Source: Candidatus Latescibacterota bacterium (GTDB lineage Bacteria; Latescibacterota; UBA2968; UBA8231). Taken from it: 64,000 nucleotides of DNA. The notes under the pieces are model-generated. The model saw nothing but the letters and a program-made list of their open reading frames with translations, ran no database searches and had not been told where the DNA came from. The stretch spans positions 32,001 to 96,000 of the forward strand of contig CBDAOB010000001.1 in the NCBI GenBank assembly GCA_965197905.1, read 5' to 3'. Position 1 is the stretch's first letter, and each line of letters begins with the position of its first letter. The position numbers and the translations under genes were made by a program. Positions 43,999 through 55,110 of the stretch are shown in pieces.

Positions 43999-45209
43999 TC
44001 ATGCTGCCGTTCGCAGCAACCGGCGTTTGATGTTCGCCTGAACCGCGAAATGGTCCAGGACCGGGGCAAATACATTTCCAAAGAGGATGGCGAGCATCAC
44101 ACCTTCCGGGAACGCCGGATTCACCACCCGAATCAGCACCGTCATGATTCCGATCAGCAAGCCGTACGCCCACTTGCCTGCGTTGGTCATGGTGGCAGAG
44201 ACCGGATCGGTGGCCATAAAGACCGTGCCGAAGGCGAATCCGCCAAGGAGGAGGTGCCACATCGGATCGACACCAAACATCGGATTGGTCGAGCTGCCGA
44301 TCGCATGCAGCAACGCCGCCAGTCCGACTGTCCCCACGGTCATGCTCAGCATGATACGCCAGGACCCAATGCCGGTGGCAATGAGAATAAAAGCGCCGAT
44401 GAGACATGCCAGGACCGAGGTTTCACCCATCGATCCGGGAATGACCCCCAGAAACGCTTCGATGGGGCTCATGCTGCTAAGGTGGGCGGCGAGGCCGTCC
44501 GCCGGCACCAGACCCAGTGGAGTCGCGTGTGTATAACCGTCCACCGCCACCCAGATCGCGTCACCCGTAATCTCGGCCGGATACGCGAAATAGAGGGAAG
44601 CGCGCGAGGTGAGCGCGGGATTCAGAAAATTCTTGCCGGTTCCGCCAAACACTTCCTTGCCGATAATGACACCGAAGGCAATGCCGATCGCCACCTGCCA
44701 GAGCGGGATGGTCGGCGGCAACGTCAGCGGGAAGAGCAAACCGGTAACAAGGAATCCCTCGTTGATATCGTGGCCGCGTATCAAGGAAAAGATCGCTTCG
44801 ATGGTACCGCCGACGATCATACATACCAGGTAGACCGGCAGAAAATAGAGGGCGCCGTGGAAGATGTTCGAGACGAAACTCCCCGGGCTGTATGGCACCT
44901 CCATTGCGTCCATTACGACGCCACGCCAGCCGCCCGCCGACTGCAGGCCCATCTGCTCCATCGCGATGTGGACCTGATAACCGGTATTCCACATCGCCAT
45001 GAAAACACACGGAATGAGCGCCACAACCACGGTGATCATCATGCGCTTGAGATCGAGCCCGTCGCGTACGTGGGAAGCCCCACTGGTGACCTGCCCTGGC
45101 GTAAACAGAAAAGTGTCTGTGGCTTCGAACGCCGGATACAGCTTTTCCAGCTTGCCCCCCTTGGTGAAGTGGGGCTCGGCCGCATCTAGCATGTCGCGCA
45201 GGAACTTCA

Positions 45210-45210
<1 letters not shown>
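43999..45210 (-). CDS. nqrB: Na+-NQR subunit B
   Basis: [38 protein letters not shown]. Confidence 0.96.
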
Positions 45211-46583
<1,373 letters not shown>

Positions 46584-46638
46584 CTAAGGTGGGATAAACC
46601 CCAGAAATATCTGGCGATTACACCCGAAGTCAAGCGCA

Positions 46639-46667
46639 AAGATAGAGAAGGCCCCGGGTATCGTCAA
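46639..46667 (-). promoter_or_regulatory. sigma70-type promoter for nqr
   Basis: TTGACG-N17-TATCTT upstream of nqrA. Confidence 0.5.
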
Positions 46668-46904
46668 ATAACTTTTCAGCTCTAACCGCGATTCTCATCA
46701 TTTACTTATCTATTTAAAAATCAACTACTTGAGCGTCGTGACCGAAGTGCGATAGAGAGCTACACTCGGGTTCGTGCCTTGGTTTGCTTGCCGTCGGAGA
46801 GCAAAACGCATTGCTTCTTTCGGTATGAACGGTTCGCTCCGAACAGGGCCGATCACCGGCCGAAAACCCCCGAAAGAATCCATCGCGCGCAAGGGTCGCC
46901 TACC

Positions 46905-47849
46905 GTGACCAGAGACGAGGTTGCCGAGCTGTTTCGGACCCCTCTGCTCGATCTGGTTTTCAGGGCGGCCGCTTGCCATCGCCAGCATCACCGCAGCGAT
47001 GAGGTGCAACTCTGCACGCTGCTTTCGGTGAAGACAGGAGGATGTTCAGAGGACTGTGGTTACTGTGCACAGTCGGCCCATTTTGAGACCGGCCTGGAAC
47101 GTCAGGAACTGCTGCCGTTGGATGAGGTCATGAGCGCAGCGCGGGCAGCGAAAGAGGCCGGCAGCACCCGATTTTGCATGGGGGCCGCGTGGCGCCAGAT
47201 TCGCGATGGAGAGGAGTTTGAGCGGCTCTTGGAAATGGTTCGCAACGTCGCCTCGCTGGAGATCGAGGTGTGTTGCACCCTTGGCATGGTCACGGCAGAT
47301 CAAGCCCGCAGATTGAAAACCGCCGGCCTCACGGCGTATAACCACAACCTGGATACCGGGGAAGAATTCTACGACAGGGTCGTGACGACCCATAGCTATG
47401 CCGACCGACTGCAGACGATCGGCGTTGTGGGCAAGGCGGGCATCTCCGTCTGCTGCGGCGGCATTCTCGGAATGGGTGAGTCGGATGACGACCGCATAGA
47501 TCTGCTGTTTACCCTGGCCACCTTGCCGACGCAACCGGAGTCGATTCCAGTAAATGCGATCGTACCGGTCAAGGGAACCCGTATGGGCGAGCGGCACCCT
47601 CCTTCGACCCTGGAGCTGGTGCGAGTTATCGCCGTGGCGCGAATCCTAGTGCCGACGGCGATGGTGCGACTCTCCGCCGGACGCGATCGATTCACCGACG
47701 CGGATCACGCCCTCTGCTTTCTGGCCGGAGCAAACTCGATCTTCACCGGCGACAAGCTACTTACCACTCCGCATCCGGGTCGGGAAGCAGATGCCGCGCT
47801 CCTGGATCTCTTGAACTTGCAACCCCGTTCGCCTAGTGTGCTGTCGTAG
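46905..47849 (+). CDS. bioB: biotin synthase
   Basis: CSEDCGYC, RFCMG, YNHNLD, CCGGI.G.GE, VRLSAGR; start uncertain (46779 possible). Confidence 0.95.
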   Translation: MTRDEVAELFRTPLLDLVFRAAACHRQHHRSDEVQLCTLLSVKTGGCSEDCGYCAQSAHFETGLERQELLPLDEVMSAARAAKEAGSTRFCMGAAWRQIRDGEEFERLLEMVRNVASLEIEVCCTLGMVTADQARRLKTAGLTAYNHNLDTGEEFYDRVVTTHSYADRLQTIGVVGKAGISVCCGGILGMGESDDDRIDLLFTLATLPTQPESIPVNAIVPVKGTRMGERHPPSTLELVRVIAVARILVPTAMVRLSAGRDRFTDADHALCFLAGANSIFTGDKLLTTPHPGREADAALLDLLNLQPRSPSVLS

Positions 47850-47902
47850 AGATAAGTTGACAGATTTCTGCGACAGCACACTTAGCTCCGAGCCCACGCT
47901 GA

Positions 47903-49204
47903 TCAGATAGTTTTCACCACCTCGGCAATACAATCATATATCGCCTCCGTTTGCTCACGCTCGATGCAATAGGGGGGCAGCACATAGATCGTATTGCCGA
48001 TCGGTCGCAGCAGAAATCCGCGCTCGAGAAAACTAGCGGCCAGGGCCGTGGAGGTCGGACCGAGATAGCCACCACCTCCTTCACCCGATACCAGATCGAC
48101 AGCCGCAATGGTGCCGCAGACACGAGGCCGCTCGAGCCGGGGGTCGGAGGCCAGCCTCGTCAATCCTTCGCGGTGCCACAACTCGATCTCAGCAAGTTTC
48201 TCACTCTTTCCCTCCAGCAACTCCATCGATGTGAGCGCGGCAACGCAGCCCAGCGGATTTGCGTTGTAGGAATGGCCGTGGAATAGGGTTTTGCGCAGGT
48301 CGGTGCTGCGGAAGGCGTCGAATATCGCTTCCGTACACACGGTCGCAGCCAACGGCAGGAACCCTCCGGTGAGTCCCTTGGCCAGACAGACCAGATCGGG
48401 AGCCGTACCTGCCTTTCCGCACGCGAACCAGGAACCTGTGCGACCAAATCCGACCAGTACCTCGTCATAGATCTGGAGGATTTCGAAACGCCTGAGCAAC
48501 TGTTCGAGGCGGACAAGGAACTGGGGGCGACAGATGCGCATCCCAGCAGCCCCCTGGACCAAGGGTTCGATCACCATGGCGGCGTAATGCTCGGATCGGC
48601 CTGCTAGCAGGCTCTCGAGCTGCTCTAGGGTCTTGTCCTCCCGCTCTTGCGCCTCGCGATCTCCGATGTAGGTCGCGGGAAAATGCAGGTAATCTGCTGC
48701 GAAGAGCAGCTCTTCGAACGCCTCGCTGAATCCCGCACGCGAGCTCACCGACATTGCCCCCACCGTATCCCCGTGATATCCCCCTTCGAAGGCGAGGAAA
48801 CGAGAGCGCCCGGAAACGCCCAGGTTGCGCCAGTACTGGACTGCCATCTTCAAGGCCGTTTCCACCGCCGTGGAACCGTTGTCCGAGTAGAATACCCGGG
48901 AAGATCGGTCGGGCAGCTTCTCGACCAGTTTCCGCGCCAGGTCCTCCGCCGGTTGATGGGTGAACCCGGCGGCGATCACCTGCTCGAGCTGTTTTGCCTG
49001 GCCGGCGATCGCCCGCGCAATCGACGGTTCACAATGGCCGTGGAGATTCACCCACCAGCTCGAGATGCAGTCCATCACCTGGCGCCCATCCTCCAGCTCC
49101 AGCATCACCCCTTCGCCAGCGCGCACCAACCCTGGCGAAGGGGCGCTCTCCATCTGAGTAAACGGCATCCATACGCGAGACCCGGCTTTCTGCTTGCCAC
49201 TCAT
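47903..49204 (-). CDS. bioA: DAPA aminotransferase
   Basis: W.PFTQM, SSWWVN.HGH, YHGDT, DEV..GFGRTG, AKGLTGG. Confidence 0.95.
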   Translation of the reverse strand: MSGKQKAGSRVWMPFTQMESAPSPGLVRAGEGVMLELEDGRQVMDCISSWWVNLHGHCEPSIARAIAGQAKQLEQVIAAGFTHQPAEDLARKLVEKLPDRSSRVFYSDNGSTAVETALKMAVQYWRNLGVSGRSRFLAFEGGYHGDTVGAMSVSSRAGFSEAFEELLFAADYLHFPATYIGDREAQEREDKTLEQLESLLAGRSEHYAAMVIEPLVQGAAGMRICRPQFLVRLEQLLRRFEILQIYDEVLVGFGRTGSWFACGKAGTAPDLVCLAKGLTGGFLPLAATVCTEAIFDAFRSTDLRKTLFHGHSYNANPLGCVAALTSMELLEGKSEKLAEIELWHREGLTRLASDPRLERPRVCGTIAAVDLVSGEGGGGYLGPTSTALAASFLERGFLLRPIGNTIYVLPPYCIEREQTEAIYDCIAEVVKTI

Positions 49205-49833
49205 GCGTCCTCCGCCAGCTGTTCTCGGAAGAGCCGCAGCAATCCCGCACCATCTACGGTCTTCAACGGCTCGATTTCTGCCACCACCGGCAATCGTCCA
49301 TAATGCTCGATCGCGTCGCGATTACTCGAGTTCCGCGGGCCGTTCATCACGACGCCGATCAAGTCGAGGCCGGCCTGCCTCAGCTGCGCCACTGAAAGCA
49401 GGGTGTGGTTAATCGTACCCAGCGATGATCGCGCCACGAGAAGCACCGGAAGCTCGAGTTTCAACATGAGATCCACCATGGTCTGGTGGCGATTCAGCGG
49501 AACGAGAACCCCACCCGCGCCCTCCACGATCAACGGCTGTCCTCCTTGAGGGAGAGATATCTTCTCCAACGATATGGTGGCCCCGGCCATTGCGGCGGCG
49601 GCGTGGGGAGAAAGGGGGGGATCGAACCGGTACGCTTCCGGATGAATGCGCCCGGGTGGCAGATCGAGCACCCGGCGCACCCAGCTGGAATCGGTGGTTG
49701 CGGAGCACCCGGTCTGCACCGGCTTCCAGTAGTCAGCCTCCAACCCGATGGTCAGAGCCGCCGCGACCAGACTCTTGCCGACCCCGGTGTCGGTACCGGT
49801 GACGAACAGGCGATCTGGCAGCAGGGCACCCAT
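49201..49833 (-). CDS. bioD: dethiobiotin synthase
   Basis: VTGTDTGVGKS, KPVQTG, VEGAGG, LGTINHT. Confidence 0.95.
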   Translation of the reverse strand: MGALLPDRLFVTGTDTGVGKSLVAAALTIGLEADYWKPVQTGCSATTDSSWVRRVLDLPPGRIHPEAYRFDPPLSPHAAAAMAGATISLEKISLPQGGQPLIVEGAGGVLVPLNRHQTMVDLMLKLELPVLLVARSSLGTINHTLLSVAQLRQAGLDLIGVVMNGPRNSSNRDAIEHYGRLPVVAEIEPLKTVDGAGLLRLFREQLAEDA

Positions 49834-49882
49834 CGGTCAAACCGACCAGATCGACGGGTGGCCACCCAATCCGTGCAGGATC

Positions 49883-51067
49883 TCAATCCTGCCGTTCACG
49901 CCAAGCTTCCAATAGGTCGGCAACGTGGTCTACCTGGTCGGCATGGTGCTCGGCGCTAATGGTGAGGCGGAGCCGGCAGCTTCCCTTTTCCACGGTGGGC
50001 GGTCTCATGGGTACGGCGAAGATTCCGTTATCCTCGAGCCATGCGGCCAACCGAATAACTTCCTGTTCCCCGCCGACGATGAGCGGCACAATCTGCGAGC
50101 TGGATTTCCTGCAATCCCAGGAGCGCGAACGCAAGGTTGTCAGCAACCTTGCGGCATTCTTCTGAAGTCGCTCACGTTCGCCGTCCATGGTCGGCACCAG
50201 ATCGAGGGCCGCGTCGATGGCACCCAGCACCCCCGGTGGCAAGGCAGTGGAAGAGATAAAACCGGAGCAGCAGTTGATGAGATAACTGCGCAGACGCTCG
50301 GAGCAGGTAGCGAATGCTCCAAAGGAACCACACGCCTTTCCAAAGGTTCCCACAACCAGATCGACGTTCGGATCGCAGGCCAGACCCGAGCCATGAGGAC
50401 CCAGCACACCGAACCCATGGGCATCGTCGACGATGAGAAAGGTGTCGAACTCGTCCCTCAGCGCCAGCAGCGACGGGAGATCGCAGCGATCCCCTTCCAT
50501 GCTGAACACGGACTCGCTAATCACGACTATCCTCTCTGTCGATCGCGCCCGCAACCTGCGCAGCTGATCACGCAATTGATCCATGTCATTGTGGGCATAA
50601 CGCCGGATGGTCGCCCGGCTCGCCAACGCGCCGTTCACCTGGCTGCTGTGGCAGGCTCGATCCATAGCGACGAACGAGTGGCGATCGCAAAGAGCCGGCA
50701 ATAGCGACGTATTCGCCTGGTAGCCGGAATTGAAAATCAGCGCGCTGGCGGCGCCTTTCATTGCCGCAAGTTTGTTCTCAAGCTCGCTCACAAGTGGGCT
50801 TGTCCCGCACACAAGACGCGAGGCGGTGGAACCAGACCCGCTCGTCCCGATCTGCTCAATGGAGCGCCGCTTCAACTCTGGATGAAATGCCAGTCCCAGA
50901 TAGTCGTTCGAACTGAAGTTGACCAGGTTGCGCCCGTCGACCTCTATCCGACCGCCGGGAAGCGGTTTCACATCGCGCAGGTGTCGCAAACGATGTAGCG
51001 CTCCGCGACGTTCAAGCTCGCGATCGACGAAGTCGTAACGGCTGGTTTTCGAGGGAGTAACGGTCAA
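49883..51067 (-). CDS. bioF: 8-amino-7-oxononanoate synthase
   Basis: NFSSNDYLG, SGYQAN, ESVFSM.GD, DDAHG.G, TFGKA. Confidence 0.93.
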   Translation of the reverse strand: MTVTPSKTSRYDFVDRELERRGALHRLRHLRDVKPLPGGRIEVDGRNLVNFSSNDYLGLAFHPELKRRSIEQIGTSGSGSTASRLVCGTSPLVSELENKLAAMKGAASALIFNSGYQANTSLLPALCDRHSFVAMDRACHSSQVNGALASRATIRRYAHNDMDQLRDQLRRLRARSTERIVVISESVFSMEGDRCDLPSLLALRDEFDTFLIVDDAHGFGVLGPHGSGLACDPNVDLVVGTFGKACGSFGAFATCSERLRSYLINCCSGFISSTALPPGVLGAIDAALDLVPTMDGERERLQKNAARLLTTLRSRSWDCRKSSSQIVPLIVGGEQEVIRLAAWLEDNGIFAVPMRPPTVEKGSCRLRLTISAEHHADQVDHVADLLEAWRERQD

Positions 51068-51076
51068 AATACCACC

Positions 51077-51105
51077 TTGTCTGCGGCTGCGCTGAATGCT
51101 ATAAT
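51077..51105 (+). promoter_or_regulatory. sigma70-type promoter for panB
   Basis: TTGTCT-N17-TATAAT with TG extended -10. Confidence 0.6.
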
Positions 51106-51145
51106 TGTAGACACCATTTTCGATCTTGTGTGAGACCGAGGAACC

Positions 51146-52054
51146 ATGTTTTCCAAGTCGGCGAAGTCAAAAATTACGGTATCCCATTTGCAGGTCAAAA
51201 AAAATGAGGGGCGGAAGATCTCCGCCTTGACCGCCTATGACTATCCCACCGCCCGACTCCAGGACAAAGTGGGCATAGACGTCATTCTGGTTGGTGATTC
51301 GCTCGGCACCAACGTGCTCGGCTATCGCACAGAGCACGAGGTCACCCTCGACGACATTCTGCATCACAGCAAGGCGGTGCGCCGAGGCGTCGAACATGCC
51401 TTTGTCCTGGCCGATATGCCGTTCATGTCCTACCAGCCATCTGCTGAGTTGGCGCTGATTAATGCCGGGAGGTTGATGCAAGAAGGTGGAGCTGACGGAG
51501 TGAAGCTGGAAGGGGGCATCCGCATTCTGCACCAGATCGAAGCTTTGATCGCCGCCGGCATACCCGCGATGGGACATCTCGGATTCACTCCCCAATCCAA
51601 AACCAGAGACTACTACCTATTTAGCGAAGGGCGTGGAACCGTACCGAAATACCAGGGAAAAGGTCCTCAGGGGGCGAAGGAGATCTTCGACGAGGCGATG
51701 ATGCTGGAAGACGCCGGAGTTTTCGCTATCGTGCTCGAGCAGGTAACCGAGGAGGCGGCCCAGATCATCTCCCAGCGCCTGACGATCCCCGTCATCGGCA
51801 TCGGCTCGGGGCGCTATTGCGACGGCCAGATTCTGGTGGTCAACGATCTGTTGGGACTGAACGAGGACGTGCCACTGCCGGCCAAAGCCTACACCTCGTT
51901 GAATGGCAAGCTTCGCGATAGCTTCACTGCATACCGACGGGAGGTGGAGGCTGGTCAGTTCCCGGCCGGGGACAACGCCGTGCACATGGAATCTGGGAAA
52001 TTGCAGAAATTCCAGGACCTCTTGGGCGAAAAACAAGAGGAACAAAAACTGTAG
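51146..52054 (+). CDS. panB: ketopantoate hydroxymethyltransferase
   Basis: LTAYD, ILVGDSLG, DMPFMSY, VKLEGG, GIG.G..CDGQILV. Confidence 0.95.
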   Translation: MFSKSAKSKITVSHLQVKKNEGRKISALTAYDYPTARLQDKVGIDVILVGDSLGTNVLGYRTEHEVTLDDILHHSKAVRRGVEHAFVLADMPFMSYQPSAELALINAGRLMQEGGADGVKLEGGIRILHQIEALIAAGIPAMGHLGFTPQSKTRDYYLFSEGRGTVPKYQGKGPQGAKEIFDEAMMLEDAGVFAIVLEQVTEEAAQIISQRLTIPVIGIGSGRYCDGQILVVNDLLGLNEDVPLPAKAYTSLNGKLRDSFTAYRREVEAGQFPAGDNAVHMESGKLQKFQDLLGEKQEEQKL

Positions 52055-52167
52055 CTCCCTGGTCGTCATTACCCCGAACGCATCTACTTCAGCTGACACA
52101 CGAGATCCATAACGAGTGTCCGGGCGCGCTGCCCCCGCGCTCCGATTTCCCGAAAACGGAGGTATAA

Positions 52168-53697
52168 GTGCATCTCAGATCGATCGCAATTGCCGCGTTT
52201 CTGGTGGTGGTCGCCGCCTCGTCCCAGGCTTGGGGACAGGACGTAGATAACACCTGGATCCAGGACAGGCTGGCGAAACTCGACGATTTCTTCGGCGCCA
52301 CGGTGGCCGTGATGGCCGCAGTACTGTTTGCCGATTTCGGCACCGGCTTGCCGCTGATAGTCGCGGTGCTGTTGGCCGGCGGCATCTACTACAGCTTTTA
52401 CTTCGGCTGGATGTCGATCCGCGGGTTCAAACATGCGATTCACGTCATTCGTGGACACTACGACAAACCGGACGATCCGGGAGAGATCTCCCATTTTCAG
52501 GCTTTGACCAGCGCGCTCTCGGCAACCGTAGGCCTGGGCAACATCGCCGGGGTGGCCATCGCTGTCAGCATCGGTGGGCCAGGTGCCATCTTCTGGATGC
52601 TCGTCACGGCCGTTTTCGGCATGTCCTCCAAGCTCGCCTCGTGCACGTTGGCGGTGATGTACCGCAAGGTGAACGCTGATGGCCACGTCTCCGGCGGACC
52701 GATGTATTACCTGGAGAACGGTTTGAGGGAAAAGGGGCTGTACCCCACCGGACGCACGCTCGCGGTGCTGTTTGCGCTGCTGACCATCGGGGGCAGCCTG
52801 GGTGGCGGCAACATGTTTCAGGCCAATCAGACGCTGGAGATTCTCGGCACTGTGTCGCCGGCGTTCAAAACCTACAACTGGGTGGTAGGAATCGGCTTGG
52901 CCGCCGTCGTAGCGGTCGTCATAATCGGCGGGATTCGGCGCATCGGCAGGGTCACCTCGCGCATCGTGCCCTTCATGTGTCTGCTCTACGTGATTACCTC
53001 GCTGATCATCATCTCCTCGCACATCGGCGAGGTACCCGCCATGCTGGCGATGATCATCAGTCAGGCGTTCGACCCGACCGCGGTTTATGGAGGATTCCTC
53101 GGCGTGATGGTGACCGGCATTCGACGGGCCGCATTCTCGAACGAGGCCGGCCTCGGGTCAGCAGCTTTCGCTCATGCCGCGGCCAAGACCGACGAGCCCG
53201 CACGGGAGGGCATGGTGGCGATGATCGGTCCGTTCATCGATACCATCGTGATCTGTCTCATGACCGGCATGGTCTGCATGGTCACCGGTATCTACAACGT
53301 CCCCGAATTCCAGGGACAACAGGGGACCGCGGTAGGGGTTCGGATGACCGCGGCCGCCTGGGATTCCTTCTTCTCGGGGGCGCGTTACATCCTGGCGGTG
53401 GCGGTCGTCTTCTTCGCCTACTCCACCATGATCTCCTGGTCATACTACGGCGAGCGCGCCTGGGAGTACTTGTTCGGGGCCCGGTCGACGCTGGTCTATC
53501 GGGTAATCTTCGTCTGTTTCGTTTTCATGGGATCGGTTGCCGCGCTCGGGAATGTTCTGGATTTCTCGGACATGATGATCCTGGGCATGGCGTTTCCGAA
53601 CATTATCGGAGGTGTGATCCTCAGCCCACAGATCAAAGCGGTTCTCCAGGACTATTGGAAACGTCTGAAATCGGGCGAGATGGTGGATTATCGCTAG
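52168..53697 (+). CDS. alanine/glycine:cation symporter (AGCS family)
   Basis: SHFQAL..ALSATVG.GNIAGVA, GGPGA.FWM, GGPMYY, FSNEAG.GS. Confidence 0.93.
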   Translation: MHLRSIAIAAFLVVVAASSQAWGQDVDNTWIQDRLAKLDDFFGATVAVMAAVLFADFGTGLPLIVAVLLAGGIYYSFYFGWMSIRGFKHAIHVIRGHYDKPDDPGEISHFQALTSALSATVGLGNIAGVAIAVSIGGPGAIFWMLVTAVFGMSSKLASCTLAVMYRKVNADGHVSGGPMYYLENGLREKGLYPTGRTLAVLFALLTIGGSLGGGNMFQANQTLEILGTVSPAFKTYNWVVGIGLAAVVAVVIIGGIRRIGRVTSRIVPFMCLLYVITSLIIISSHIGEVPAMLAMIISQAFDPTAVYGGFLGVMVTGIRRAAFSNEAGLGSAAFAHAAAKTDEPAREGMVAMIGPFIDTIVICLMTGMVCMVTGIYNVPEFQGQQGTAVGVRMTAAAWDSFFSGARYILAVAVVFFAYSTMISWSYYGERAWEYLFGARSTLVYRVIFVCFVFMGSVAALGNVLDFSDMMILGMAFPNIIGGVILSPQIKAVLQDYWKRLKSGEMVDYR

Positions 53698-53699
53698 TG

Positions 53700-54899
53700 T
53701 CAGTCGACGGTAGACGTTTCCAGCTGAGCGGCTTGAGGCACCATCTCCGTAACCCTGATCGGCGCTCGCCCAGCCGGTGCGCCGCGGGGATGCGGTCCGC
53801 GCTGATAGTGACTGATTGCCTCGAGGGCGAGACCGTAGTCGGCGGAGCTTTGCCACAGCAACCAACCTTTCGCTCCCCCATCAACAGCGGCAGCAATCTG
53901 TTCGGTTAGATAGGTGCGGTCGATGTTCGGCACCCTATACGGGAACGCCTGCAACCACGGACGCACCTCAACACCGTGGGCCGCCGCCAGCTGACGCAAG
54001 CGCTCGCAACCCTGGTTAACGAAGTAGTACGGATGCTCCGCCGGGTTGACGACGTCGTCGAAGCCGGGATAAAAATGGGAGGGATAGAGCATTGGCGATA
54101 CCACGTCGAGATAGGGCAGCAGTGCAGCCAGGTCTTGACCGGTACGGTTTATGTCCGCCTTGCGCTTCCACGCCACCACTCCAAACAGATCAGCGGATAG
54201 CCGCACCTCGGTTCCCGTCAGGATCTGTCGAACGCGACCCACGAACTCCGTAATGATCTCCCGCTTCGAGCTTTCCCGCTCGTCGAACGCAAACACCGCT
54301 TCGTCGACCCGCCCCGCCGTGGGGAATCGAACGTAGTCCAGCTGAATCTCATCGACACCGAAAGCGGCCACTTCGCTGACGAGGTCGAGGATGTATTGCT
54401 GCACTTCGGGCAATGACGGATCGAGCCAGGCCAGACGACCTCTTTCCCGCCACAGCTCCATCTCACCTCGGGTGTGCGGCACCAGGTCCGGCCGCGCTGC
54501 GGCCAGGTGCCGGTCATAGAAGCAGCTGATACGCGCCACGGTGTAGATTCCGCGCGTCTCCAGCTGCGCCACCAGTCCGGCGGGATCGGCAATGGAGGCT
54601 CTCCGGGAAGCGCCGATTTCTATCGCCAACGGCACCCTCGATAGGTAGCTCAGCTCCCCCGGTTGATCCTTGATATCGAAAACGATGGTGTTGCCCCCCG
54701 CAGCCACCAGGCTGTCCGCCAGATCGAGAAATCCAGCCCCACCCGCAACTCCTGCGCTGGCGTAGATGCCCCGACACGGTTGTCCCTGCACCTGCTCGGC
54801 TCGCGCCGGGCTTCCGACCCCAACCAGCAGAATCAACGCCGCCAAGCCGTGCAGAACGCGTCTGACCCGCCGTGATATTATCATTTTCGCCATTTGCAC
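53700..54899 (-). CDS. putative glycoside hydrolase (DUF4015-like), exported
   Basis: VFDIKD..G, ARI..F.D, W.DP, DEIQ.DYVRFP, PM.YPSH, RPWLQ.F. Confidence 0.75.
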   Translation of the reverse strand: MQMAKMIISRRVRRVLHGLAALILLVGVGSPARAEQVQGQPCRGIYASAGVAGGAGFLDLADSLVAAGGNTIVFDIKDQPGELSYLSRVPLAIEIGASRRASIADPAGLVAQLETRGIYTVARISCFYDRHLAAARPDLVPHTRGEMELWRERGRLAWLDPSLPEVQQYILDLVSEVAAFGVDEIQLDYVRFPTAGRVDEAVFAFDERESSKREIITEFVGRVRQILTGTEVRLSADLFGVVAWKRKADINRTGQDLAALLPYLDVVSPMLYPSHFYPGFDDVVNPAEHPYYFVNQGCERLRQLAAAHGVEVRPWLQAFPYRVPNIDRTYLTEQIAAAVDGGAKGWLLWQSSADYGLALEAISHYQRGPHPRGAPAGRAPIRVTEMVPQAAQLETSTVD

Positions 54900-55110
54900 A
54901 ATGTTTTAAAAATTAACGACTTATACATAATACCACGGCTCCGGATATCGAGCAATAGGGATTCCTCGCTGCGGCTGTATCGAGGGGTTCCGGAAAACGC
55001 TCCTCGGACGGGCAACCCCAGCCGATCGCGGGGTTTGTTTTTTGCCGCAACCCTCCGCATTCGTTAGCTTTTTCTCTTTCCACGAGGAATTCGCCAAGCG
55101 AGGATAGTCC

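Noticed and set aside
52055..52167. Glycine riboswitch ahead of the AGCS symporter
   Set aside because: Conserved GGAGA/CCGAAG/CTCAGG elements not found.
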